Made by a program: the position numbers and the translations under genes | Source of the DNA: Adineta vaga | Taxonomy: Eukaryota; Animalia; Rotifera | DNA: 64,000 nt | Assembly: GCA_021613535.1 (NCBI GenBank) | Contig: CP075496.1 | Coordinates: 14,260,001-14,324,000, forward strand | Direction: 5' to 3' | Shown: in pieces, positions 37,529 through 50,740 of the stretch | Position numbering within the stretch: the first letter of the stretch is position 1 | Layout: the number at the start of each line of letters is the position of its first letter | The notes under the pieces: model-generated | Databases searched by the model: none | What the model was told of the DNA's origin: nothing | The model's input: only the letters and a program-made list of their open reading frames with translations

Positions 37529-38693
37529 TTAACAAATTTTAAACAAATAAATACCAAGAAAAATAAAAGAAATAACAACAGTGAAAAGAAAAATATAAGC
37601 ATCGACAATATGAAATGAATATGTCTTCGATAAAGATGTTGTTGATGTACTTATCGAACGATTTAATCGACCTGATGAATATTTTATTAATGAACCATCT
37701 TGAGAATGAAATAGAATTCTTTGTTGAAGTGATTGATATTGATTTTCACAATTGATGGAATTTGATGAAGATGAATTATCATTAAGATCTTGCAAGAGAA
37801 AATTCTAACACAAAATAAAACTTTCGTCTGAATGAGATTTACCAATGAATGACGAACAGTTGGTAATGGTAAAAATGGATTTGATACGAATTGAATTGTT
37901 TCTTCATTATTTCTCTCCTCAGAAGGCATTTGCTTATTTAATTGTGGTGTTTGCTAAAAAAAGGTTTTCATCAAATGATTTCTTTTTTTTTTGTTTCAAA
38001 GAATTTGAAAGAATTACCCAAACATTGGTATCAAAACGATCACGATTTCTTCGTGTTAATGGTTCATGTTCATCAGATGATTCAATATTTTGTTGTTCTT
38101 GTTCATTTAATAGTACATGATGATCCTAAAAGATTGATTTTCATAACAAAATCAATAAATAGTTTTGATTTTTACAAAGAAGATATAATCAGGTGGTATT
38201 CATTGTTGTTCATCATCAATTGTATTTGTTGAATGATGTTGACGAGAAAAACTTGTACAACCACCTTCTATTAGATAAAAGTTCTTATTAACATAATAAG
38301 AAGAGATAATATGAGATAAAAACATACGTCCTCGTTCTCGTTTTTGTTGTCGAAGCTAAAATATAAAATAGAACAAAAGTATTGATGAAATTTTTCTTGA
38401 AAGTCTGATTTTACTTTTTTATAAACATAAGCTGGTTCTCGATGTAAATCAATGGCAAAAAGATGTTTATCACTACTTAGTAAATCAAGTAGTGATCGAT
38501 AACCTAATAACCGATAAGGAATTTCTGGATTATCATGTCATTGTCGATAATAACGAAAAAGTTCAGCTTGTGTTAAATAACCACGTTTACAAGTTGTGAT
38601 GTATGAATGAAGTTCATTCATTGTTTCACAATAGATACGTGGATCGATTGGTATTAAATGAGTTGGAGAAGTCGAAGAAGAAGAAACAGACAT
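37529..38693 (-). pseudogene. LOTUS-TM paralog with premature stop (copy B)
   Basis: YYRQ*HDNPEIPY: CGA>TGA at 38540-38538 relative to copy A. Confidence 0.8.
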
Positions 38694-39410
38694 GAGGAGA
38701 GAAGTTTTCTTTTACTTTTTAATGAGAAAACAGTTCGATGAAATTGTAATGAACGATGGAAATATGTGCCAAGTAGATATTTGGTACAAGTTGGATCTTT
38801 AATAAATCTTACCTCTATTAGAATTCTTCTCTATGCTAATAAATACAGTAAAAGATTAATTCAACAAGATTTTCTAAAATAAATTCTGTCTAATTTAAAT
38901 CGAATAAATAATTAAATAAATGCAATTGTGCGACATCTATCTCAGAATATATAAATCAAGTTTAATCGACAACAACTGACTGATTCTATGGTTTAACATC
39001 GCTTTAAAATGTCTAGAATCATCTCTATAGTTCTAAAAAAGAGTGATAGGGATTCGTAGAGCTAACTTGTCGTAGCCGTCCACTTCTTCTGAAAAGATAT
39101 TCTTATTTCATTTCACGGAGTTGATGAACTTGAGTTGATGAACTTGAGTTGATCGACTATAAAAGCAGAAGAACAAACGATAATTTGATGTTTCATCTTT
39201 AGAAGTTTCTAAACGACGGAATACTATAGAATAGATACGAATTTTCAACGAATCCCTTCCTCTTCGGAACCCTAGTCTGATGGTTTGTTTCTATTACGAA
39301 TGTCTTTGTATGGTGACGAGAATAATAAACCATGAGCTTTGATTATCATTGTCTATTAAATGAATAGTTTTATATACATATTATTCGATCTTGGCAACAT
39401 TGGATAGAAA

Positions 39411-41751
39411 ATGATTAAGTATGGACTAAAATCTTATTCGTTGTTATTGATTTTCTTTAGATGATATTGAACAATATTCGAATAATTCATTGATTTCTTT
39501 CAAATTCAATTCAATCATGCAACATCTATAATCTCTTCTCAACAATACAATCAAGCTCTCGATTTGTTCGATAAAGAACAAACATTAGCTATAAAATTAA
39601 TTGATTATCAACGTGGTATTCGTATTCATCAACAATTATCATCGAAATCATTAGAAGATCCATTTCTTTTAACATCATTAATTCATTTCTTTAGTAAATA
39701 TTATCCAAGGGAAAAATGATTTCTGACAAAATCAAACTTCTTCTTTCGTTCTTTGTCAATGTAATGTCATCGAATTGATGAAGCTTATCAAATATTTTCA
39801 ACTGTTGAGAGAGAAAATCTCTTTACATATGGTGCAATGCTCAAAGGTAAACATTTAATCTGGCTTTTTCTGTGAATAATTTTATCAATATTGAATTATT
39901 CTTAAGGTTATCTTTCGAATAATATGCCAGAAAAGGTTATTGAATTATATGAAAAAATTTCTATCAAAGTTGATGAAGTGATCACGACTTTGTTATTTAA
40001 TGCTTGTGCTAAACTTTCGAATGAGTATTCAATTCGAATTGGAAATCATGTTTTAAATCGATTACCGAAATCTTTTCTTCAATATCGAAATCTTCTTCAT
40101 TTAACTATTGATATGTTGATGAAATTTGGGCAAGTTGAAGATGCCGAAGATTTCTTTAGACAAGTTAAAACATTCGATTCAACTATCTATGGAATAATAA
40201 TGAATGGTTATAAAATAAATAATCAACCATTTGAATGTTTATCAATCTTTGAAGAAGTAAAGAAAAAGAATGTTGAAATTAATATACCTATGGCATTAGC
40301 ATTAATTGGCGCATGTGGTCAACTTGGCATGCGTTCTACTTCGAAAAAGATTATCCAATATATTTCACATTTACAGAATAATCATTCAGTAAAAGTTACT
40401 TGGATCGATATGTGGGTAAGAATTTTGTTCTAAATTGTTTAAGTTCTCTAATGATTATGTCTTGTTTCATTTTTTTCGACAGGGTAAATCAGGTAATATC
40501 AATGAAGCTGAAAAAATCTTTCAATCCATTTTGCAGCCTGAGCTTTTCAGTTATACTGCCATGAGTAATAAGAAACGAAGTGGTTTCTTTTCATTAAATA
40601 ATTTGTCATTGTTTAGTAAATGCATATGCACGAAATGGAATGGGATATGAAGCCATCAAAATATTTGAACAAATGCCGGAGAATATTCATGATTCAACAA
40701 CATATATATGCGTTTTGAATGCATGTTCACATTCAGGACTCGTTGATCAAGCTCGCAATATCTTCAAGAAAATTCCAAGAAAAACAGATTCTATTGTTAC
40801 TGCAATGGTTTGTTAATTGATTATGACTGAAACAAAATATTATTTAGGAAGAATTTAGGTCGATTGTGTTAGCCGCATGGGAATGTTTGATGAAGCACAA
40901 GAATTAATTAATGAATATGAAAACTCCAATGCTCCATCTTGGGCCATGTACAGTAAGTTATGACTTTGTTCAACACTAAGTAAAAGGCTAAATATCATTG
41001 TATTCTTATGTTTTTAAAAGTGGCCATATGATCAGGTGCTCGAAATCATCATCAAATCATTCTTGCAGAAAAAGTGTATAAGTGAATGAAAATTTTATTT
41101 CCTGAGAGAGATGAAGATTTTATTTCTGCGTCTATTCTTATATCTAATACTTATTCTTCTGTGGGAGATTCTCAATCAGCTCAAGAAGAACGAATGAAAC
41201 GCACCAAACAATTTGGTAATAATGTCCAAATTGGATTATCATGGACTGAAGTTAATGTTGAAATTGTGGTAACAAAATATTTGATGCTAATTTCAAATAT
41301 GTATGAATATCCTTCTTCTTTTTAAGAGATTTAAAGCTCATGATCGATCTCATCCTCGATCAAAGGAAATCTATGATGAACTTGAGCGAATATCGAAGGA
41401 ATTAAAAGAACATGGCTATGAATATGATTCAAGTTGGATTACTCGTCCAATTCAAGATGGTGAAAGTGTCGAATCAATCTTATGTGGTCATAGTGAAAAG
41501 CTTGCCATTGCATTTAACTTTATTCAACAACCTCGACCATCATTTATTCAAATTACAAAAAATCTTCGCGTTTGTGGAGATTGTCGTAAGTGATAAAGTC
41601 AATTTATGAAATTATTAGTCATTTTCTTTCTATAGATCGTGCAACAAAGATGATCGCTAAGATTCGACAATGTGAAATTGTAGTACGTGATGCCAATCGA
41701 CTACATCACTTTTATACAAATGGACAATGTTCTTGTCAGGACCATTTCTAG
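39411..41751 (+). pseudogene. PLS/DYW-type PPR protein pseudogene (copy B)
   Basis: Intact DYW-like domain (HSEKLA, CGDCH, CSCQDHF) but in-frame TGAs near 41029 and 41083 and an altered acceptor near 39758. Confidence 0.88.
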
Positions 41752-42021
41752 TTTTTTGTTGATTTGATCATTGGTTAATGAAGAAAGAAGGGCAAGGATG
41801 TGGGTGAGATTGATGTGCAGACATGTTACCCTTACTCTCACATTCTCACGCATCCATCAAGTATGTTTTTTTACTGTTTTCTTTCATGACTGTTCATTTG
41901 CTTGAAAAAGATGGTTTAAAATCTTCCTCAACTTTATTTTCATGATCACATTCCTTTGTTGACAATGATTTACAAAAACGAAACGATATTTATTGATATA
42001 TGAATATGAAAAAATAAAATT

Positions 42022-43966
42022 TTATTCCGGAATAGGAACTAGTTCGTTTATTGTTGGTGTATTGTCGTCTGAAAGATCTGTATAAGAAGTGCGCAATTTT
42101 AGTTCGATTGGTTCTCCACTATTTTGAATAATATTTGTTAATTCTTTCATTAGTTCGTTTGTAACATCATGCATTGATGTATGATGATCATGAATTGAAA
42201 TAATAAATCGAACATGAGACGATGAATTATTGAATTTTGAATATTTTATAGAATTTGTCGATGATAATTTTGTTTGTGTTGGTACTATTGGTAAAATGAG
42301 TCCACCTGTTAGAGTTCTTCTACTTGCACTTAATCTTTTATTGATAAAATCTTGCTTTTCATCTTGTTCAGTGGTTGAAGAGTCAATTGCTGATAAAATT
42401 TGTTCAGGAAAAAATTGTTTTCGATTATAAACACGTTGATAACGATCAACAAGAACAGAAACTAGCATACCACTTATGGCAACACCACAAAAAGCACATG
42501 CACATGCAAGAATTCGACCAATTACTGTTACAGGATACATATCACCATATCTAATATATAATGAAAAACAATATCAGTGAAATAGTTATACAATGAATTT
42601 ACCCAACTGTTGTAATAGTTAAAATTCCCCAATAAGTTGCTTTTGGTATTGAATCAAAGACGTTTGAATCAACATCTTGTTCAACAAAATAAACTGTAGC
42701 ACCAAAAAGAAATCCCATTAAAGTTAATATAACAATCATAATAATAAAATCAATAAATGATTCTTTCAATGTTGAACTAAGTACACGTAATGTTTTTAAT
42801 CGTTTAAATATTAAATAAACTTTAAATACACGTAAAAATCTCAAGATTCGAAATACTCTCAAACCAACAAAACCATTTCCACTTAAATCTGATGTTTTAT
42901 GAACTAATGCTAAACTTAAAAATACAAAATAAGGTACAATAGCACCTAAGTCAATCCAATTAAATATTGATAAAAGGAATCGATAATAGGATGGTGTACT
43001 TATCAAACGTAGAAGGAATTCAACTGTAAAATATGATACACAAATTGTTTGTATAATAAAAAATGGTGAAGAAAACATTGTTGAACATATTGGTATATCA
43101 CCTCCGATTACTGATCGATTTTCTTCTTTTTCACATAATTTATTCCATTTATTATTATATTCAGGAATTGTTTCAACAGCTAATTCAATACATGATAAAA
43201 CAGTTAATGTCATTGAGATAAAATGAAGAATTTTAGCAAACATAGAATGTTGAGGATATTCTAAATAGAACCAAATATATCGACGCCATAATAAAGTTGG
43301 TAAATGAATATATTTTACAATAGAAACATTTTCCAGTTTATTTATTTGTGATAAAGCATTAGGTCCTAAATCAAAAAATGAAACTTCTTCTAAAAATGTA
43401 TCTAATGGAACATAATCTGGTCGACGAAGACGTCCACTTGATTGATAATAATAAAGTATTGCTTCAAAACATGCTCGATGACGATCAAAGAAATATTCCT
43501 TTTCTTCGCTATTCCAATAATATTCTCGTTTTTGTTCATTACCCAATAATGTATTTGGATAATTTTCAAGTGTAGATAAATGTGTTTGATAACGATTACC
43601 ACTGACATTAATAGTGACGATATTGTGTTGTTTATCATTTTCAATTTGTTTGAATTGTGAATGATGATCATGTGCTGGTACATGAATTAAACTATCACCG
43701 TCACGAGCCAGGAAATTTCTATAGACAAAAATAATCATTTAAAGTTTTCATTAGAAATTGTATTACTTGAAAATACTCCGTTGATGTGTTATTGGAAGTG
43801 CTAAACTACGTCGTTTTTTAGTAACGTTTTGTTTTAAACTAAAATAATATATTGAATAGAATAATTTATAAATTTTACTTTGTTTTTTCTTTTCAACGAA
43901 CCGAATAAATTTCCGTTGTGCACTAGTTTCGTTTGAATATGAAGATTGACGCTTTTGATTATTCAT
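42022..43966 (-). CDS. Shaker (Kv1)-family voltage-gated potassium channel
   Basis: T1 domain (VTINVSG..FFDRHR..FEAILYYYQS.GRLRRP), S4 LRVFRILRFLRVFK, pore TTVG|YGD; S6 lacks PVP. Confidence 0.93.
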
Positions 43967-44706
43967 CTTCAACGATTGATTCAAATGATTATGCGTATTT
44001 TATGACACTCGTTATGCATATAGATTTCACACGAGTATGGATAGAGAGAACGAAAGAGAACTAAGCTTAATCAATAGTCAACCAAATGTACTAAGCGATT
44101 AAGTAATGTATGAATAGGTAGAATCAACATGAAGAAAAAAAGAGTCATTGTATTGTGTTCTATCGAAAAACTATCGAAATCATCAGCTCATGGAAAAAAA
44201 AATATTAATTCAAGTGTCAACACCAAGCAATTTAGTAGTACGATAGTGATATGATGTCGAGATTGTAAGTATGGAATTCAACTATTCAAATTAGTTCATT
44301 ACCTTGCGATACACAGATATCACGTTAATGTAAGGTGTCACACTATTCTAACAATTGAGAAACAAATGATGTTCATTGAGAGAAATTTACTTTAGCACAA
44401 GTCGCTACTCAACTAAGAGAGCAGTTCAAACACATAATTTGATGTTTTTATAAGAAGAAATTTTGTATTTGTTTTTGCTTTATCCCTCTGCATCTAAATC
44501 TAGAGTAAGAAGTATCACATATCTATAGCATGAATTATCTTATAATTATAACGTAGCAATATCATATACGATCTATTGTGAAATGATCAAATACAACAAG
44601 TTTTATTTCGAAAAACATTTATCTATATTCAGCCACACACAATAGTTACAATAATTGATGAGAAATGTCAGTTTCTGCGAATATGTATACTGAGTTTTTA
44701 TATGTA

Positions 44707-46362
44707 TTAAATGAGTGAAAAACGCCACACTCTATTATATTGTAATTCACTGACGAATATATAAGTATTATTAATATTGATTCGAATATCCATAGGTCCT
44801 AGCAATGATGTTGAAGCATTACTAGTTGATGCGCCATTTCCTGCAATAGTTACTCCACTTGTTGCACCCAAATACCACCGCTGTATTCGTTGATTGCCTG
44901 GATCGGCAATATAAATTATATTTTTTATTTCTGAGATGCATATTGAATACGGATTACTCAACTGATTACTTCCAGATCCTGCACCATTTCCACCAGCTAT
45001 TGTAGTTCCATTGGTAGAAACACCTACATGAAAACGTTGAATTCGGTTGTTACCTGAATCAGCAACATAAACATATGAGTGTACTTCATCATAGTAAATA
45101 CCATAGGGTGTATTGAGTTGATTACTTCCTGAACCTATTAAACCAGTACCTCCAAGAATTACACCAATGGTATTATTTGGCGAGAATTTCATCACACGAT
45201 GGTGGTTTGAGTCACAAAGATAAATATATCCTTGAGAATCAACAAATATTCCAGCTACGGTACCAAAATCACTAAGCGAGGTGCCAGATGCGCCGGTTCC
45301 AGCAACTTTAATTCCAACTGACGAATTTTTTTTCCACAACATAATTCGATAGTTCCTACTATCTGCTACATAAACATTCGATGAGACATCAACATGAATA
45401 CCCGTGGGTCCATCCAGTTGATTGAAACTATTACCTGGAAATCCGGTACCAGCAACAAGTGAACCGTTCGCAGAACCTTCGGGAAACTTAATGACTCGAT
45501 GATTTCCATAATCGGCTACGTAAAGTGCATTATCAATCCCTAGTGTCAAACCTGTTGGAGAGTACAACATATATGAAGTACTTCCAGGTGAGCCATTAGC
45601 ATTTCCTGCAGTAATATCTGCAGTTTGCATCGATGACACTATAAAATAAAATAACTTTTTGTCACTATTCTTATGTTATAATCAAATAGAAATGTTTAAT
45701 ACTACGAAAATACATATTCTAATTATTTGTAAAATATAGAACTTGAATAATATTCATTTTTTCATATTCTTCTTTATTAGAGAGAGAAATTAATAATACT
45801 TACGACCACACTGTTGACGTGCTAAGCAAGTATAATTTAAATCCTGTCGACATTCCGTTGTGTTATAACATATAGCTCCAAGTAATTTTTGACTTTGACA
45901 TATTGATCCATCAAAATATGTATTTATTTGACATTGACATGTATTATTGAGACATCTTAAGTATCGACTACCTTGACAAAATGAACATGGTTGACCACGA
46001 TTAATAAATTGTTGTTGATGAATTTTCAATGATCCAACACGAGATTGAGGAGATGCAGAATTAATAAACGAACCCATTGTTGCAATATCGCCTTCAAAAA
46101 GACGACAATATTGTGCTTGTCCATCATAATCAAATATACGACAACGACTTGTAGAATGACAAGTACGAGTACATGAAAACAAGGATTTACTTGTAAGTTC
46201 AATCAAAACGAGAGCTTGATAATTAACAGGTGAGAATTGATAACCAATATCAGATAGATTTGTTGATGATTGCCAATCAAATGAAATGCTTTTAACTTGT
46301 GTTGGCATTAACATATATGGAATCAACAGGAAAAAGTTTAAACGAAAACATAATATTATCAT
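44707..46362 (-). CDS. Secreted Apple/PAN + Cys-rich (EB-like) + NHL beta-propeller protein
   Basis: Hydrophobic N-terminus, CTRTCH..CRIFDYD..CRLFE, Cys-rich module, then repeated LxxPxGI..YVADxxNxRI NHL repeats; one intron at ~45640-45800. Confidence 0.9.
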
Positions 46363-47140
46363 TATTATTCTAAAAAAAGAAATAAAGTTTTATACTTCTA
46401 GGTTTAAAACTGATCAGTATATTCCTATCTCATAATTACTTATTTGCATTTAAATTATATTCATTTCATTGAAATGATTATATATAAGTAAACTGAAATT
46501 GTATTCACCTTGATTCTCTTTTTTTTTAACACTTCAGATGTATATTGTTTCATATAAATTTTATACTTAAGAACTCTACTCTACAACATACCTTGTCATT
46601 ACTATAGAATGTTTAATAAAAGTATATAATGGATCACTTCAAAGAAAGAATGTTTATTTACATGATTTATTCTGTGTATACACAAAATTCAGTTTATGGG
46701 TCAATTCTTTTGTTCACTATTTCTATTATCGACATCACTCCGATTCAAAATGAATTTCTATCAAACAAATATGATGATTTCAGTTCATTGCTGTATCAAA
46801 ATTCGTAAACAATAATAATGCGCTTTTCTCATAATAATATATACGATGTAAACAACAACTTTCTCACTATGTACTCAAAGAAGTTTTTCAAATCTAGATC
46901 GAGTATAAATATATTCAATATAAATATGAAATAAAAGCAAAAAAATGAATTAGAATAAAGAGTTCAACTTGAATAGCTACTCTCTTATGAGAAGTAGTTG
47001 AAAGCTTCCATTTCCTGACCTATTAAATAATCACAGAGAATCTTCAAGTTAAAATAATGCACACATCTCATAGTGACACTGAATTTGGATAGGAAAAAAC
47101 CCAAATTGATTGTTAAACAATGAATGCACAATCTTTTATG

Positions 47141-47610
47141 TTTCATCCTTAATCATGATTATTTTTTCAGAAGATAGCTAGTGCAATTTTCTACAAAAAC
47201 CCATTGAAACGAGTTCTCGAAATGAATAACCGGAAAGTCGTATTCGCACACCGGTACTGAAGTACCAAGAGACCCACTTTCAAATGTCGTCTTTTCCCAA
47301 CACTAATTATTTCTCTTCCTTTGGCTATGTAAATTTCAACTCATTTTAGAGCAAGTTTCTGGTATTTTCATGTCTACTCTTTCTAACAGAACTCAAAAGA
47401 AGATCCTTAGATACACTGCGGAGGCTCATAGTAGTCAATTTTCATAATAAACAAATTTGAACGAGCAATGGTGCCCTTTGGCCGAACCAGATATCGGCTC
47501 GGCTGGTAGAACTTTTCATAGGCGACAAAATGGTTTGAAAGTGGGTGCTTTTCGACTAGAATATTGCACGAGCTGTCTTCTGTAAAAATAATTATTACTA
47601 AGCATGAAGA
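47141..47610. repeat. Degenerate inverted-repeat element (MITE/foldback remnant)
   Basis: ttcatccttaatcatgattattttttcagaagatagctagtgcaattttcta (47142-47193) resembles the reverse complement of 47557-47609. Confidence 0.55.
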
Positions 47611-48757
47611 TTTTAGAGAGATATTCGCCAAATACTGAAAGGGCCATTTATTCTGGCGTACCCGTTATGTGACATTACTGTTTAAAATATAATGAAGAGT
47701 ATTTTAATAGTTAACAGTATAGAGATAACGTTTTTGTAATAATATCAATGATCAGATGACGATCTGTTAACTATTTCTCAGAACTGACTTATATTTATTA
47801 AAAAACAAAACTTTTCGGTTTCTACGATGAAAACAAACGAAATATTAAAACTTTCATTAATTCAACATTTGTATTACACGACTATCTGATCTGAACTATA
47901 AGAACAAATATCATTTCATGATATATTATAAAAATTCATCTATTTAAAACAACAAAGAAGTTGTTGAAAAGCATTTACTACTTGAAAATACCGATTTCAT
48001 GCTGTCCATGTCTAGTAAAAGCTCTTTTACCTATGATTTGTCAAATATTTTTCTTGTTCAAAGAGTAAAAAACAATAACGAAATAAAGTTTTCCAAAGCA
48101 TAGTTTGTACTTAGAATAAATATAGAATTCTAACAGCAAAAGAACTTCTATGTTTATCTTCAATATATAAAATATCTAATATAATGTGTCATTCTATGAT
48201 TGAATGTAAAGAGATCAAGTTCATAAACATGGATTTGTTGAAAGAATGATTTTAATGGGTATTTTAACTATGTGATTGAATACGACATCTATTAAGATTA
48301 CGAAAAATAAAGATATTTCTTTGTTCGTTATCAACATTAACCATTTATAATTATTCTAAAATAATTAATAAATTTACACTTCTCAATTGTGATTTAATAT
48401 CAAATTAAATTCGTTTTCTTATTATTCTTTCAATTCTGTAGTTTTTTTCTCATTAGTGTATAGATTGATAATCAATATACAAAGTAAATGAAGAGATGAT
48501 CATGCATTATTTCTATTCAAAGTACAGAGTTCAAGTTTTGCTAAGTGTGTTATAATTTGTCGAATCATGTAGTTGATATTTATCTTGCAATTATATTCAG
48601 AAATATTTGTGCTGCAATAAGAAAGAAAAGAAAGAAAAAGTGCATAACATGATGACGATGCATATTTTTCTATCGATGTATATAAAGACAACGAAGAGAT
48701 TTTATTGCGATACTATTTTGACTAAGTTGGATAAGATATTTTAGATTGATATTAATA

Positions 48758-49643
48758 ATGACAAGTGCTCCGAAACATTTGAAATCAGGTATGTGTATAA
48801 GTATCTCATTCTTAAATATATATATATATATATATATTGATCTTTTCATTAGGTTCGGAATGTCCACAATTGAAAGAAAATCAATTACGATTATATGGTA
48901 TGCGTTTTTGTCCATATGTTCAACGAGCTAAACTTGTTTTAGCTGCTAAAAATATTCCGTAAGTTTATTTTCATAATTTGTTTATTTATTAAATTGAAAT
49001 TATTTATTAGATATGAAGAAATTAATGTCAATCTCGTTGAAAAACCCGAATGGTATTTAGAAAAAAATCCACCTGGTCAAGTTCCAAGTTTAGAATGGAT
49101 TGATCGTGATTCAAAAGAAACACGTTTTATTCCTGAATCATTGATTGTTTGTGATTATCTTGATGAAACAAATTCACAAAATCGTTTACATCCAACTGAT
49201 CCATATCTTAAAACAAAACAACGTGTTTTAATTGATAGATTTAGCAATGTAAGTGATCAAATTCTTCTTTCAATATAATTCTTTTTCTATTCTTTTAGGT
49301 TGTTTCGGCTTTTTATAAAACTTTTCGAGGAGATGCAAAACAAGGTATCGAAGATTTAAATAAAAACTTAGCAATCTATGAAGAAATACTTCAAGATACA
49401 TTTTTTGGTGGATCAAAACCAGCAATGGTTGATTATATGATTTGGCCATGGTTTGAACGTTTTCCACTTTTAAGTGAAGTAGGTTTTGAATTTAATGCTG
49501 ATGGAAAATTACCAAAACTTGCTGCATGGATTAAATCTATGGAAGCAAATGAAAATGTTCAAAAAATCAAAGTTCCTACTGAAACAGTGAAAAGATTTAT
49601 GGAAGGTTATAAAAATGGCAAACCAGAATATGATATTGAATAG
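48758..49643 (+). CDS. GSTO1: Glutathione S-transferase omega
   Basis: LRLYGMRFCPYVQRAKLVL, INVNLVEKPEWY, GQVPSLE, ESLIVCDYLDE, MVDYMIWPWFER; three introns. Confidence 0.93.
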
Positions 49644-50740
49644 ATTATTATAAAGTTTACACGTGATTTTAAATCGATTGAATTTTTAGACTTTTTTTTA
49701 TATCGACTTTTGTGTCTAAAAATAAAAATAAAAAGTAAATTCATACTAAGAATTGTTCATTTTGTCTTTATGATTTCGAGTATTTATCAATTCCAAATTG
49801 AAGGTATTGAATTGTATTTCTACGGATATTTCTTCTATTTCACATTTGAACGAATATGTTTTTAAATAGTATTGAATTTTTATTTCTGATTATTCTTTTA
49901 GACATAATATAAAGTTCATGAGAATTCAACACGATCAATATCTCTTGGCTGGTGAATTTTGTCATCACATAAAATTAATTTATGTTCATAATTGTGGCTA
50001 GATACGTATGTGATTTTACTGTTGTCTACTTCAAAGCATTATCTACTCATAGCTATAGGAGAGAATGAAGGACTATGATATTAGCTCGGAAATCTTTATA
50101 TTTAAAGTTTTGCTGAGCATTTGGAAATATCTCTGTAAAAATTAGTCTTTTATACTCTATTTTTCTAATAGGTCGGCAGAAAATTAAAAATTTCGAGTCG
50201 GTTATGATACGATGATGATTTTCTTCTTCTCCTCTTTTTTTCCTATTGTTTCTAGACGTGTAGATGAAGTATGTATAATAAGCATAAATATAGGCAACAA
50301 GAAGATCGATGATAACTAGAATATTTTGACCTTAATTGTATCTCATTACATTGTTCATTCACTGAACATCAATGGCGGATCTAGAATTTTGGAAAGAGAA
50401 TGAGCAATTTCGGCTAAAGATCATCTTTTGAGGCCAGTTGAAGTAGTGTCAATCAGAGGTGATCACAGGATTTCGTGCTAGCTTTATGGTGCTAGCTACA
50501 CATCGATTTATAGGAACTATCTTCAGATGAAAAATGTAATATATTCTTAATGTATTTTCTATTATTAAGCATAACTTTAATTTATAAACATTCTATTGAT
50601 AATATTACTAAAAATATTTCTATGAATACATCTATTTTTAACAAAAGAATTTATATGATGTAAAAACATCTGATGATAATAAATTTTGTAGTTTATATTG
50701 ATGAGATAAAAGATCATTTTTTTTCTATTGTCTTTATCAA

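Larger units (their letters stand above)
37380..43342 (+). repeat. Segmental duplication copy B
   Basis: Direct repeat of 27851-33761 at an offset of ~9.5-9.6 kb. Confidence 0.95.

Noticed and set aside
4013-41085. TGA recoding or editing-based repair of the several in-frame TGAs
   Set aside because: The TGAs replace different inferred residues (W, S, L, R), co-occur with frameshifts and deletions, and TGA is the normal stop of intact genes such as PRIM1.
48817-48838. (TA)n microsatellite
   Set aside because: Ordinary intronic simple repeat in the GST-omega gene.
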